This document shows positions 8,583-19,107 of a stretch of 64,000 nucleotides of DNA, one piece after another. This DNA comes from an uncultured Candidatus Entotheonella sp. (GTDB taxonomy: Bacteria; Tectomicrobia; Entotheonellia; Entotheonellales; Entotheonellaceae), in contig OZ244252.1 in NCBI GenBank assembly GCA_965217185.1, positions 2,656,001 to 2,720,000 on the forward strand. Reading direction: 5' to 3'. Each line of letters begins with the position of its first letter. Positions within the stretch are counted from its first letter, which is position 1. Made by a program: the position numbers and the translations under genes. The notes under the pieces are model-generated. The model was not told the origin of the DNA, made no database searches, and worked only from the letters and a program-made list of their open reading frames with translations.

Positions 8583-10286
8583 ATGGTTACTATCCTCGGC
8601 AACTTGGCAGGCGCACTCGGGCTGTTTTTCATGGGTGGAAGGCTCCTTACGGAGCATCTGAAGATGCTGACCAATCGGCGGTTGCGTCTGAACGCCGCCC
8701 GTTGGACGAGCACTCGCTTGAAGGGATTTGTGTGGGGCTTGGTTGCCGGGGCGATCATGCAAAGCACGGCGGCCTTGACGCTCGTTGTCGTCAGCCTGCT
8801 GAAGTCCGATCTGATCTCCCCCAAACGGGGGTTCCCGATCCTCCTCGGCTGCAATGTCGGCGGCGCCCTGCTGGTGTTGATCGTGATGTTGGACGTCAAG
8901 CTGACAGCGCTGTACATCCTGGGCATTGCACAGATTGTCACCCTTGTCGTGGCCCGAGACAAGGTGTCGCGTTACCGGGCCATGGCCACCGCGTGTTTCG
9001 GGCTGGCTCTGATGGTCCTTGGCTCGTTCATGATCCGGGAGTCCATGGTCCCTCTGGCCACCTATCCCTGGTTCCAGGAAGCCATGGAATGGGTGGGCGA
9101 CTCGCTGATCCTCCCGTTGGTGGTCGGCGCGTTGCTCACGCTCGTGACGCAATCGTCGGTCTTGGTAATGGTGACCGGTATTGCCATGGCCATGGCTGAT
9201 CTCCTTTCCATCGAGCAGGTTCTCATATTTTATTGCGGCGCTTGCCTGGGAGCGAGTCTGGGTCTGTACCTGTTGACCATGACCTTCACGGGTCATGCCC
9301 GACAAGTGGCCATGTACCAGGTGCTCTACAATGTCGTGCTCAACGCCATATTCGTACCCCTGGTCTACGTCGAGGTATATTTTGACGTGCCGTTGATCGC
9401 CGCGGCAGTGCAGGCCAACGGTCTCTCTCTCCACCAGTCGCTGGCGATGTTCGCCATCTTCTCCGAAGCGCTCACCGCCGCGCTTCAGCTCACCACCCTG
9501 GATCTCGCCGTCCGGTGGACCGAACGCTGGTGGCCGCCGACGGAAATCGAGGCGTTAGCCAAGCCGCAATTCATCCACGACCGCGCCTTGGACGACGTGG
9601 AAGCCGCGCTGCGGCTGGTGGATCTCGAACAGCGGCACCTGCTGGAGATGTTGTCGCGTTATCTGGACGCCGTGCGATGCGGAAGCGATACCAAATCAAA
9701 CCAGCTGCGCGAGGCGGCCAACCACCGCCTCGGTCGCTTGGAGGAGCTCCTGGGCGATCTGGGGGCACACTGTGTCGACCGGGAAATGGACGTGCACAAT
9801 TCATTGATGACACGCCAGAAGCTACTCACATGGTTGGAGGAGCAGGTGATTGGGTTGTGCGAGGTGCTGCACACCCTGCCCCCGCGATCGTCCCTCAATA
9901 CCTGGTCGATGGTACTCGTCGAGGGGATCGACGTCGTGCTGCTGGTACTGATCGACACCCTGGAGTCAGACGACGCATCGGCCTGGCCGTCAACCACGCA
10001 GTTGATGGGTGAACGTACCAAGGAACTCCGCAAGTTCCGTGACACGGTCCTGAAAGACGAATCAATCTTGGTACCAGATACACGAACGAAGGTACTCAAG
10101 CTTGTCAGCATCACCGAGCATGTCTTCCTGCTGATATCGCAATTGACGCACGAGTATCGCCAAGCCTCCAGGGTCGACGAGATGTTCCTTGAACACGCCG
10201 ACATGGCGTTATACCAGATGAGGCACGAAGCGCCCCGAGAAGACCGGGACAGCGTCGGAGGATTGGCATTAACCAGGGGTGCGTAA
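8583..10286 (+). CDS. Na/Pi cotransporter family protein with PhoU-like C-terminus (paralogue 2)
   Basis: Colinear with and visibly similar to 6744..8471 along its length; AGGAG RBS. Confidence 0.8.
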   Translation: MVTILGNLAGALGLFFMGGRLLTEHLKMLTNRRLRLNAARWTSTRLKGFVWGLVAGAIMQSTAALTLVVVSLLKSDLISPKRGFPILLGCNVGGALLVLIVMLDVKLTALYILGIAQIVTLVVARDKVSRYRAMATACFGLALMVLGSFMIRESMVPLATYPWFQEAMEWVGDSLILPLVVGALLTLVTQSSVLVMVTGIAMAMADLLSIEQVLIFYCGACLGASLGLYLLTMTFTGHARQVAMYQVLYNVVLNAIFVPLVYVEVYFDVPLIAAAVQANGLSLHQSLAMFAIFSEALTAALQLTTLDLAVRWTERWWPPTEIEALAKPQFIHDRALDDVEAALRLVDLEQRHLLEMLSRYLDAVRCGSDTKSNQLREAANHRLGRLEELLGDLGAHCVDREMDVHNSLMTRQKLLTWLEEQVIGLCEVLHTLPPRSSLNTWSMVLVEGIDVVLLVLIDTLESDDASAWPSTTQLMGERTKELRKFRDTVLKDESILVPDTRTKVLKLVSITEHVFLLISQLTHEYRQASRVDEMFLEHADMALYQMRHEAPREDRDSVGGLALTRGA

Positions 10287-10557
10287 AGGCGATGCGGCGC
10301 ACGCCCTTGGCCTCAGCTACTGGCAGGCACGGCGCAAGATCATCCTGCCGCAAGCCATTACGGTGGCCATCCCGGCCATCGTCAGCCTGACCGACCTGCT
10401 GCTTGCCATGCGCCAGGCCATCGCCGACCCGCTGTGGCGCCGGTTTTTCATCGAGGGTTACGTCTTCATCGCGTTGATTTACTTCGTGGTGTGTTTCTTC
10501 ATGTCGAAATACAGCCAATACCTGGAAACGCAGTTCCGTAGCGAACAGCAGCACTAA
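10279..10557 (+). pseudogene. C-terminal fragment of an AapM-like amino-acid ABC permease
   Basis: ALGLSYWQ..IILPQA..IADPLWR..YVFIALIYFVVCFFMSKYSQYLE; the N-terminus and the FKDTSL segment are absent. Confidence 0.75.
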
Positions 10558-10591
10558 ACCGCCCCTTGCGGGCTGATGAAGGAGAACTGGC

Positions 10592-11344
10592 ATGGCCACA
10601 GCGGGCGCCGGAGCGATGGTGCACATGCAGGGCTTGCACAAGTGGTATGGTCAGCTACACGTGCTCAACGACATCAACCTGGACGTGGCCCGGGGGGAGC
10701 GGGTTGTCATTTGCGGGCCGTCAGGTTCCGGCAAGTCCACCCTGATTCGCTGCATCAACCGGCTGGAGGAGCACCAGCAGGGCCGCCTGCTCGTTGACGG
10801 CGTGGAACTGACGAACGATCTCAAGAACATCGACACCGTGCGGCGCGAGGTGGGGATGGTGTTCCAGCACTTCAACCTGTTCCCGCACCTGACCGTGCTG
10901 GAGAACTGCACCCTGTCGCCCATGTGGGTGCGCGGACGGCCGCGGCGCGACGCCGAGGACCTGGCCATGCAGTACCTGGAGCGGGTGCGGATTCCCGAGC
11001 AGGCCGCCAAGTACCCTGGACAGCTCTCCGGCGGCCAGCAGCAGCGGGTGGCCATCGCCCGCTCGCTGTGCATGCAGCCCAACATCATGCTTTTCGACGA
11101 GCCCACCTCGGCGCTCGACCCCGAAATGATCTCCGAGGTGCTCGACGTGATGATCGACCTTGCCGAGTCCGGCATGACCATGCTTTGCGTCACCCACGAA
11201 ATGGGCTTCGCCCGCCAGGTCGCCAACCGCGTGATGTTCATGGACGCCGGCGAGATCATCGAAGCGAGCCCGCCCGAAGCCTTCTTCAACAACCCGCGAT
11301 CTGAGCGCACCCGCCTGTTTCTGAGCCAGATTTTGTCCCATTGA
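10592..11344 (+). CDS. Polar amino-acid ABC transporter ATP-binding protein (AapP/GlnQ-like)
   Basis: [53 protein letters not shown]. Confidence 0.95.
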   Translation: MATAGAGAMVHMQGLHKWYGQLHVLNDINLDVARGERVVICGPSGSGKSTLIRCINRLEEHQQGRLLVDGVELTNDLKNIDTVRREVGMVFQHFNLFPHLTVLENCTLSPMWVRGRPRRDAEDLAMQYLERVRIPEQAAKYPGQLSGGQQQRVAIARSLCMQPNIMLFDEPTSALDPEMISEVLDVMIDLAESGMTMLCVTHEMGFARQVANRVMFMDAGEIIEASPPEAFFNNPRSERTRLFLSQILSH

Positions 11345-11354
11345 CGTGTGGATT

Positions 11355-11384
11355 GTCGGATTACGCGGCGCTGATCCGACCTAT
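11355..11384 (-). repeat. GTAG-type REP copy
   Basis: GTCGGATTACGCGGCGCTGATCCGACCTA just after the ABC ATPase stop. Confidence 0.75.
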
Positions 11385-11560
11385 ATCCTCCCCGGCTGAC
11401 CGCCGCATTCAGGAAGCGCCAAAAAGTGTGGGGCGATTGCGGATTCGTGTGAGGAGAGGAATTGAGCCGTGGCACCCAAGACTGAAGCTGTCTGGGACAG
11501 GGCACCTGAAACATAATCGTGCGCCCTTGAATGTCCCCCGTTTTTTGGCACTCCCCCTAC

Positions 11561-13034
11561 GCTCGACTTTGTACGAATTTGGTCAAGTCAGTGCGTGTAA
11601 CAGGCCGATTGCATCAAGCGCTGCAGATAGACCCGAGGGATTTCTACCCACTCGGTATCGGGCGTTGATGTTGAAAAATACTCAACCTCCCACAGGTGCT
11701 GCCGTACCGCTGCCAAAGCGTCGCTAAACGTCGCCTGCTCCTTGGCATACCAAGCACTCTGTCGCACCGCCAAGCGACCGTCCAGATACAGGTCATGAGC
11801 CAGCAACGCCACCAGCGAATACAAGCTCAGCAGACACGGCGTCGTGCGTTCGATCGCCAGGTCCGACCACTGACGCTGGGTCTCAAAGCCCAAGTGGGCG
11901 CGGCTCTCTTCGAAGGTCGTCTCAATGCTCCAGCGCTTGATGAAACACGCCACGACATCACCTGCCCGGTCACCGGGACACGTCGAGAAGAAGGCCCGTG
12001 GCGGGTGCTGAGCGTCACAGGGACGTACCAGGACCCACCGGAGCGGCAGCACCGGCTGGCCGCTGCGGTACCACAGGGCAGTCCCGCTACTGATTTGCAA
12101 GCGTCGCACGCGGCCATCGTACCAGCGCACACGCAGGCATTGCCAAGGAGTCGCCGCGTCGTGCAGGCGCTCGGCCAAACTGGGCAGCCGCTTGCCCTTG
12201 TGACGGGGTCGCCCCCGCGTGCCCGGCTGGCGAGGCGGCGGCGCTTCGTGAAGCACCGCATCAAGGCGCAAGGGGGCAATCAGGCGCACCTCACACTGCC
12301 GGCAGGCATGGCCGAGTTCGACGACACTATAGGATTGATCGCCGAGTACGGTGATGGCGACGTGCGGCAACCAGCGTCGCACCACCCAGATCATCTGGCG
12401 TGCCCACTGGGCGACGGTCTTGTGTCTCAATCCCAGGCGCTCACTGACCCGTGGCGTTGGCGCCGGGACGCTCAAGATGGGCAAGGCCCAGCAACGGCTA
12501 TTCCAGGGTGGCGTGATGACCAGGGTCAGCACGATCCAGCGAAGGCCACTGGTGCTGACGGTGCGCTTGCGGCTGGAAGCCAGCGGGTCGCGGTAATGAC
12601 CGCGCTTGTTGATGCGTCGGCCCCAGCGTCGCTCCAACGTTTCGTCAATGACGAACGTGAGGCTGCCGCCAGCGGCATCGAAGGTCTGCACCAGCATGGA
12701 TAGCAGACAGCGACTGCCTTTGAGAGCGGACCAGCGAGCACGATTGAACACCTGATGGTAGAGACTGAACGACGGGGTATCGCCCTGCCCCGTGTGTCGC
12801 AGGGCGGTCGTGACGGTGCGTCGTCCGTGGGCCAACAGGGTTCCGACGAGCAGGCGTTGGGCTTTGCGCCAAGTGGGTGCGCTAAAGAGACTTTGAAAGG
12901 GCGCCAGGAGGGTGCTAGGGTGTGCTGAAGGGGGCATCGCTGACCTCGCTGCAAGATGGTTGGTGTGGAATCCGTCATCCTACAATACGGCGGCGATGTC
13001 CCTGGAGCCCTCCTCATTTTGTACAAAGTCGAGC
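11561..13034 (-). mobile_element. IS701-family insertion sequence (full length)
   Basis: IRs GCTCGACTTTGTAC / GTACAAAGTCGAGC; TAC direct repeat at 11558-11560 and 13035-13037. Confidence 0.9.
11588..12937 (-). CDS. IS701-family DDE transposase
   Basis: VIDETLERR, VLGDQSY and RWSIETTFEESRAHLG motifs; 449 aa intact. Confidence 0.9.
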   Translation of the reverse strand: MPPSAHPSTLLAPFQSLFSAPTWRKAQRLLVGTLLAHGRRTVTTALRHTGQGDTPSFSLYHQVFNRARWSALKGSRCLLSMLVQTFDAAGGSLTFVIDETLERRWGRRINKRGHYRDPLASSRKRTVSTSGLRWIVLTLVITPPWNSRCWALPILSVPAPTPRVSERLGLRHKTVAQWARQMIWVVRRWLPHVAITVLGDQSYSVVELGHACRQCEVRLIAPLRLDAVLHEAPPPRQPGTRGRPRHKGKRLPSLAERLHDAATPWQCLRVRWYDGRVRRLQISSGTALWYRSGQPVLPLRWVLVRPCDAQHPPRAFFSTCPGDRAGDVVACFIKRWSIETTFEESRAHLGFETQRQWSDLAIERTTPCLLSLYSLVALLAHDLYLDGRLAVRQSAWYAKEQATFSDALAAVRQHLWEVEYFSTSTPDTEWVEIPRVYLQRLMQSACYTH

Positions 13035-13056
13035 TACGGGGATGCCGCCTGCCAGC

Positions 13057-13677
13057 TCACGCGACAGCCGCATCGAGCAACTTCTGACCGGGCGCTTTCA
13101 CCGTGCCGTCGCCGTTGACATACATGTAAAGGGTCGTCGTGGTGATGCCGAGGCGCTGCGCCAGGTCCTGCGCGTTGGTGTCGCGCTCTGCCATGGCGCG
13201 CATCGCCATACGCAGCATGGCCACGTCCATCTTGCGCGGCCGGCCGCCCAGACGGCCTCTTGCCCGGGCCGCTGCCAGGCCGGCACGGGTGCGCTCGGCG
13301 ATCAGCTCGCGCTCGAATTCAGCCAGTGACGCGAAGATGCCGAAGACCAGGCGGCCGTTGGCGGTGCTGGTGTCGATCTCGGCGCCGGCGCCAGCGAGCA
13401 CGCGCAAGCCGACACCGCGGGCGCGCAGATCGTCCACGGTGGTCACCAGATGTTTCAGGTCGCGTCCCAGGCGGTCGAGCTTCCAAACGACGAAGGTATT
13501 GCCCGGCTGCAACGCCTTCAGGCAGGCCTCAAGACCTGGGCGGTAATCCCGGCGTCCCGAGGCGCGGTCTTCGTAGATGCGCGTCTCATCAACATCGGCG
13601 CCGAGCAGGGCGTCGCGCTGCAGGTCCAAGAGCTGGCTGCCGTCCGCTTTTGAGACGCGCGCATAGCCAATCAGCAT
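13057..13677 (-). CDS. Serine resolvase/invertase (TniR-like)
   Basis: MLIGYARVSKADGSQ..LQRDAL, VWKLDRLGR, LAEFERELIAERT..GGRP, C-terminal HTH. Confidence 0.93.
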   Translation of the reverse strand: MLIGYARVSKADGSQLLDLQRDALLGADVDETRIYEDRASGRRDYRPGLEACLKALQPGNTFVVWKLDRLGRDLKHLVTTVDDLRARGVGLRVLAGAGAEIDTSTANGRLVFGIFASLAEFERELIAERTRAGLAAARARGRLGGRPRKMDVAMLRMAMRAMAERDTNAQDLAQRLGITTTTLYMYVNGDGTVKAPGQKLLDAAVA

Positions 13678-13925
13678 GCTGTCTGTACTCCCTATCAGAA
13701 TAGACAGTAAGTATCATGAAACCTTGTGAAGAATTATACAATGGGTTTTCTTGCGGAGATCGACGAATGTTTAGGCTTCGGCGAGAGGTATGAGAAAAAC
13801 GTGCGTTTTCTTTGTGGAAGAAGGCCCTGGGATAGCTCGGAGGGGAACCATCATGGAGACGGTGAGAGGCAACCGGTCTCACAGTCCCGGTTCCAGTCTC
13901 AACAAGGTGGGTCCGTCTCAACTTA

Positions 13926-15228
13926 GGACTCTCGCCAAAATAGATCATTGATTAGCGTCTTGGGGACACCGTATAGTTCCACTCCCCATGGAACTTATCG
14001 CGTTCGATAGCAATTCTCGCCAGCTGGTCCTCCGTCACCTCTCGACCCGTCGGATAGCTCCCGTCGTCCAACTCCGCCTGTATCTCCAGACCGCCCTTCG
14101 TAGTCGTGTTGCCGATCAAGTTCACCACCGCCTCACGGCTTACCAACGGGCGTCCACGCCAGTTCTCGGTAATGTGACAGAACATCCGGTGCTCGATCTT
14201 GTTCCACTTGCTCGTTCCGGGCGGAAAATGGCACACCGATATCGCCAGCCCCAGCTCATCGGCGAGCCGCTGCAGCTCCAACTTCCACAGGCGGTTGCGG
14301 CTGGCGTTGGAGCCGCCACCGGCCGCCGTGATCAGCAAGCGCTGTGCCCCGCCATAGACACGCCATCCCATCTGCCGCCACCAACGCCGAATCGTCGCCA
14401 CCGCAAACGCCGCCGTGTCGGGGTCCACCCCGACACTGACCCAGCCCTCGTTGGCCACCAAGTCGTACACCCCGCAAGGAATCGCCTTGCCCAACTCCTT
14501 GTCCGGGAAGTCGTACACCTTCACCTCCTCCGGCCGCCCCTGCGGTCGCCATTCTCGCCCGCCGTTGCGGTACTGGCCTATCAATTCCTTCTTCTTCGTG
14601 TCTACCGATATCACCGGCTGACCCTGCTCCTGGAATGCTTGGCAGCGTTCGTTGATATGCGCAAACTGCGCGTCCCGATCAGGATGCTGGCGGCCTTCCA
14701 GCGTCTTGCGGTTCGTCTGCAACCGGTAGCCCAACTCGTGCAGCATCCGGTTCACCGTCCGTTCACTGACCGGATGACCCGCCGCTTGCAGTTGCGCGGC
14801 CAACTTCGCTGCACTTTTGCAGGTCCAGCGCAACGGACTTGTCGGATCACCACGGCTGAGTGGTTCAACCAACTGCTCCAACGCCGTGCGCAGGTCCGGG
14901 TCCTGTTCGCTCAGCCGCTTGCGGCCCCCGCCCGCTCGGCGTTGCCGTCCCGCTGGCGCCGCTGGCGGACCCTGCGATTGCGCAGCGCCCAGTTCCTGCA
15001 AGCCTGCGCGTACCGTGCTGCGTGCTATCCCGGTCGCCTGGAACACCCGTTCGATCCCGCCACGACCGATGGCGCGGGCTTCGGTCGCCGCCCATCGACG
15101 CCGGCCTCGTTCGTCCAACAACGGCTTCAGTGCCTCGAACTTCTCTTTGATGGTCTGCGACACGGCGTTCATCCGCACAGCCTACCAGGTTATTCGTAAA
15201 AATGGATGATCTAATTTGGCGAGAATCC
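13926..15228 (-). mobile_element. ISAzo13-family insertion sequence
   Basis: IRs GGACTCTCGCCAAAATAGATCAT / revcomp GGATTCTCGCCAAATTAGATCAT; TTA direct repeats at 13923-13925 and 15229-15231. Confidence 0.9.
13952..15178 (-). CDS. ISAzo13 transposase, probably inactive
   Basis: RGDP.SPLRWTCKS, ISVDTKKKE, HFPPGTSKWNKIEHRMF, FHGEWNY; the usual ITAD motif reads ITAA. Confidence 0.9.
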   Translation of the reverse strand: MRMNAVSQTIKEKFEALKPLLDERGRRRWAATEARAIGRGGIERVFQATGIARSTVRAGLQELGAAQSQGPPAAPAGRQRRAGGGRKRLSEQDPDLRTALEQLVEPLSRGDPTSPLRWTCKSAAKLAAQLQAAGHPVSERTVNRMLHELGYRLQTNRKTLEGRQHPDRDAQFAHINERCQAFQEQGQPVISVDTKKKELIGQYRNGGREWRPQGRPEEVKVYDFPDKELGKAIPCGVYDLVANEGWVSVGVDPDTAAFAVATIRRWWRQMGWRVYGGAQRLLITAAGGGSNASRNRLWKLELQRLADELGLAISVCHFPPGTSKWNKIEHRMFCHITENWRGRPLVSREAVVNLIGNTTTKGGLEIQAELDDGSYPTGREVTEDQLARIAIERDKFHGEWNYTVSPRR

Positions 15229-15573
15229 TTAGTAAAGCAAGAACCGCCAGAAACCGTTCAGCACCGTCAGGGCCACGGCGCCGATCAGTGTGGTGGTCAG
15301 GCTCTCGATTTCAAACCCCTCAAGCAGCTTGTCGGTAAGGAACAGCAGCACGGCGTTGATGACGAAGACGAACAGCCCGAAGGTGAGCAGCATCGGGATG
15401 AAAGCGATGAAACCGAGAACGCCCGACAGCAGGGTTTGCAGCACGCCGTAGACGAGGGCGGCGAGCACGGCGTGGCCGAAATTGCGGAGGTGGAAGCCCG
15501 GCAGGAACCTTGCGATGGCAGTGAGCGAACCGGCGGACAGAAGCAGGTAAATGAGCCAGCGAATCATCCTCAA
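15229..15573 (-). CDS. Phage-holin-family (DUF360/YvlD-like) membrane protein
   Basis: Four hydrophobic segments; LLTFGLFVFVINA and GFEI motifs. Confidence 0.8.
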   Translation of the reverse strand: MRMIRWLIYLLLSAGSLTAIARFLPGFHLRNFGHAVLAALVYGVLQTLLSGVLGFIAFIPMLLTFGLFVFVINAVLLFLTDKLLEGFEIESLTTTLIGAVALTVLNGFWRFLLY

Positions 15574-15806
15574 CTCCAGTGGCGAGGGGTGAACATCGGC
15601 GAAGCCGTTAGACTTTGTAAGCCCGCGTCGTCCCGGCGGTCAAGACCAAACCCTCCGGCGCGGTGCGACGGGCGGCGGCGTTGGCACTTCTCACGGCCGC
15701 CGACTTATAATAGACTTTACTGCACCAATCCGCCTCACCAACGCGTCCGTCCTTGGCGCGCGTTTAACCCTTCGATAACAGGACCCATACTGTGGCACAA
15801 GAAGGC

Positions 15807-17060
15807 ATGTCTGTGAAAGCGCAGGTTGACCTGCTGATGCGCGGCACCCGCTTCGCCGACGAGGCTGATTACTGGGGAGCCGAGATGCCCGAGGGCGGCG
15901 AGTTGCGGGGCCGCATGCAGGCCGAGTTGCGCGACAAGCTGCGGCTTGGGCGGCCGTTGCGCGTCTATTTGGGCGTCGATCCCACCAGCACCGATCTTCA
16001 TGTTGGGCACTTTGTGCCCCTGCAGAAGCTGCGCAGGTTTCAGGACCTCGGCCACCAAGTGGTCTTCCTGATCGGCGATTACACCGCCACCATCGGCGAC
16101 CCCAGTGAGCAGACGAGCGAGCGTAAGCGCCTGACGCACGCCCACGTGCTGGAACTGGCCGGCAGCTATACCGAACAGGCCTACCGCATCCTCGACCCCG
16201 ACAAAACCGAGTTGCGTTACAACGGCGACTGGCTGGGGAAGCTCTCATTTGCCGACATCATCGAGTTGGCCAGCATCTTCCCGATGAAGCAGATCGTCGC
16301 CCGGCGCGATTTTCAGCGGCGGATGGAGCAGGGTGAGTCGCTGCGCTTCCACGAATCGCTGTACGCGCTGATGCAGGGTTATGACGCCTACATGCTGAAG
16401 TGCGACGTGCAGGTGGGCGGCTACGACCAGCATTTCAACATGCTGGCCGGGCGCGCCATTCAAGAGCATTTTGGTGACCCGCCGCACGTCATGCTGACCA
16501 ATCCGCTGCTCATCGGCACCGACGGGCGCAAGATGTCGAAGAGCTACGGCAACGTCATCAACGTGCACGACGCGCCGTTCGACATGTACGGCAAAACGAT
16601 GCGCATGGCCGACGAGCACATTCAGGCTTACCTGGAGCTCACCAGTTCGCTGGACAGCGATGCCATCGACGCCGAGGGGCAGCGGCTGCAGGACGGCGCC
16701 AACCCGATGGAGGTGAAGAAGCGGCTCGCCTTCGACTTGGTGCGGCAATACCACGGCGAGGCGGCGGCGGACGAGGCGGCGGAGACGTTTCAGCGCGTCG
16801 TGCAACGTCAGCAGGCGCCCGACGAGGTACCGGAGGTGAGCGTGCCGCCGCATCTGCTGGGGGCGACGTGGGTGGACCTGTGCGCCGGCCTCGAGTTGAG
16901 CCCGTCGAAAGCCGAGGCGCGCCGCCTGATGCGCCAAGGCGGTTTTTATATCGAACAGACGCCGGTGAAAGATACCGAGGCCCGTGCGGAGGTGCCGCCG
17001 GCCGGCGTTCTGGTGCGGCTGGGCAAGCGGCGCTATTACCGCCTAGTGCCCGGCGCCTGA
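15807..17060 (+). CDS. tyrS: Tyrosine--tRNA ligase
   Basis: YLGVDPT..LHVGH, IGDPS, QGYD, GGYDQHFN, KMSKS, C-terminal S4 domain; start uncertain (15792 or 15807). Confidence 0.97.
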   Translation: MSVKAQVDLLMRGTRFADEADYWGAEMPEGGELRGRMQAELRDKLRLGRPLRVYLGVDPTSTDLHVGHFVPLQKLRRFQDLGHQVVFLIGDYTATIGDPSEQTSERKRLTHAHVLELAGSYTEQAYRILDPDKTELRYNGDWLGKLSFADIIELASIFPMKQIVARRDFQRRMEQGESLRFHESLYALMQGYDAYMLKCDVQVGGYDQHFNMLAGRAIQEHFGDPPHVMLTNPLLIGTDGRKMSKSYGNVINVHDAPFDMYGKTMRMADEHIQAYLELTSSLDSDAIDAEGQRLQDGANPMEVKKRLAFDLVRQYHGEAAADEAAETFQRVVQRQQAPDEVPEVSVPPHLLGATWVDLCAGLELSPSKAEARRLMRQGGFYIEQTPVKDTEARAEVPPAGVLVRLGKRRYYRLVPGA

Positions 17061-17155
17061 GACCGGTACCGGCGAGCATTTCCCCCCCGGCCGTCAGGGG
17101 GTCATTTTGACTTGGCCGCTGTGTGCGGTTTGTGTGTTTTGAAGGAGAGAAGAGC

Positions 17156-17956
17156 GTGGACATTATTGTGACCCTCAAGCAGGTGCCGGACCCGGAGGCG
17201 CCCAAAGAGACCTTTCGGATCGACGAATCGGCGATGAAGATCCTCAATCCGCCCAATATCGACCCGGTGATTAACGGGTACGACGAAAACGCCATCGAAG
17301 CGGCGTTGCAACTCAAGGAGGCGGCGGGCGGCAAGGTGGTCGCCGTGTCGATGGGCGAATCCGGCGCCACCCGTGCCCTCAAGCAGGCCATGGCGATGGG
17401 GGTGGACGAGGGCATTTTGTTGCAGGATGAATCGTTTGCGGGCGCTGACGCCAATTCGACGGCCCACGTGCTGGCGCGCGCTATCGAGAAGACCGGTTCG
17501 TACGGGTTGATTCTGTGTGGGCGCCAAGCGTCGGACTGGGACCAGTCGCAGGTGCCCTCCGGCATCGCCGAATTGCTGGGATTGCCAAGCGTGACCGCCG
17601 TTCAAAAAGTGGAGTTGCAAGGCGATGCGGTGCGCGTCGAGCGCATCCTTGAGGACGGCTACGAAGTGCTGGACATTCGCGGCCCGTGCGTGGTGACGGT
17701 GAGCAACGAGGCCAACAAGCCGCGCTACCCGACGCTGAAGGGCATCATGGCGGCGGGCAAGAAGCAGATTCCGGTCTGGGACGCGGCGGAGTTGGGGGTC
17801 GATGCCGCCCAGGTCGGCAGCGCCGGCGCGCTGACCCGCGTCAGCAAGCTCTACGTGCCGAGTTTCGACGGCGACTGCGAGTTCATCGCCGGCGACACGC
17901 CCGAGGAAATGGGGGCGAATCTGGCCCTGCGCTTGCGGGAGTTGAAGATCATCTAA
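17156..17956 (+). CDS. etfB: Electron transfer flavoprotein beta subunit
   Basis: KQVPD, NGYDENAIEAALQLKE, AMAMGVD, CGRQASDWD, PRYPTL; GTG start after AAGGAG. Confidence 0.95.
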   Translation: MDIIVTLKQVPDPEAPKETFRIDESAMKILNPPNIDPVINGYDENAIEAALQLKEAAGGKVVAVSMGESGATRALKQAMAMGVDEGILLQDESFAGADANSTAHVLARAIEKTGSYGLILCGRQASDWDQSQVPSGIAELLGLPSVTAVQKVELQGDAVRVERILEDGYEVLDIRGPCVVTVSNEANKPRYPTLKGIMAAGKKQIPVWDAAELGVDAAQVGSAGALTRVSKLYVPSFDGDCEFIAGDTPEEMGANLALRLRELKII

Positions 17957-18000
17957 ACACCGCGACGTCTTTATAGAATTGAACGACGGAGGATGGAAGC

Positions 18001-18996
18001 ATGACCCAGGGCGTAATGATTTTCGCAGAAACCACCGGCGCCGCACTGGCGCCGATTGCCAAGGAGATGTGCGGCGTCGGACGCCGCCTTGCCGACGCGC
18101 TCGGTGAGCCGTTGATTGCCGCGGTGGTCGGCAGCGGCGTCGGCGACGCGGCGCAGGAAGCCATCGCGCACGGCGCTGACCGGGTTTACGTGGCGGACGC
18201 GGAGGTACTGCAGACCTACCAGACGGCCTCGTACTGCACGGTGCTGGGACAGATTGCCGAACAAGCGGAGCCGGAAGTTCTGCTGGTGGGGATGAGCGAC
18301 AACGGCCGCGACCTCGGGCCGCGGCTGACATTCCGGCTGCGCACCGGGCTGGCCTCGGACTGCGTCGACCTGACCATCAACGCGGAGACGCGCCTGCTGG
18401 AAGCGACCCGTCCGGTTTCGGGCGGGAATGCCATGGCGACCGTGGTAATCGAGAAGACGCGGCCACAGATGGCCACGGTGCGCGCCAAGACGATGCCTGC
18501 CGCCGAGCCGGACGCCGGGCGGCAGGGCGAGGTCGTTGCCGTTGACGTTTCGCTGGACGCCGCCTCGCTGCCAGTAACCGTTGTTGAGCGCGTCAAGGCC
18601 GAATCCGAAGGCGTGCGGCTGGAAGACGCCGATATCGTCATCTCCGGCGGGCGCGGCCTGAAGGGCCCGGACGATTTCTACGCCATCCTGGAGCCCTGCG
18701 CCAAAGCGCTCGGCGGTACCATCGGCGCTTCGCGCGCGGCGGTGGACGAGGGCTGGGTGCCCACGCAACTGCAGGTGGGCCTGACCGGCAAGATCGTCAG
18801 CCCGAAGCTGTACGTCGCCTGCGCCATCTCCGGCGCGGCGCAGCACATGGCGGGCTGCGGCTACTCGAAAACCATCGTGGCGGTGAACCGGGACCCCGAC
18901 GCGCCGATCTACCAGCGCGCCAACATCGGCATCGTGGGTGATTACAAGAAAGTCATCCCGGCCTTCCAGGCCAAATGCGCCGAGCTGCTTGGCTAA
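18001..18996 (+). CDS. etfA: Electron transfer flavoprotein alpha subunit
   Basis: [44 protein letters not shown]. Confidence 0.96.
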   Translation: MTQGVMIFAETTGAALAPIAKEMCGVGRRLADALGEPLIAAVVGSGVGDAAQEAIAHGADRVYVADAEVLQTYQTASYCTVLGQIAEQAEPEVLLVGMSDNGRDLGPRLTFRLRTGLASDCVDLTINAETRLLEATRPVSGGNAMATVVIEKTRPQMATVRAKTMPAAEPDAGRQGEVVAVDVSLDAASLPVTVVERVKAESEGVRLEDADIVISGGRGLKGPDDFYAILEPCAKALGGTIGASRAAVDEGWVPTQLQVGLTGKIVSPKLYVACAISGAAQHMAGCGYSKTIVAVNRDPDAPIYQRANIGIVGDYKKVIPAFQAKCAELLG

Positions 18997-19107
18997 CGCC
19001 GCTTTTGCCGGCGTGCCCGAATTCTTCCCGCCTTGACGGGCGCGCCGGCGGAATTCAGTCCATCCCATCAACAGACCTTTCCGTGAACCCCGCAAAGGAG
19101 ACCAATC

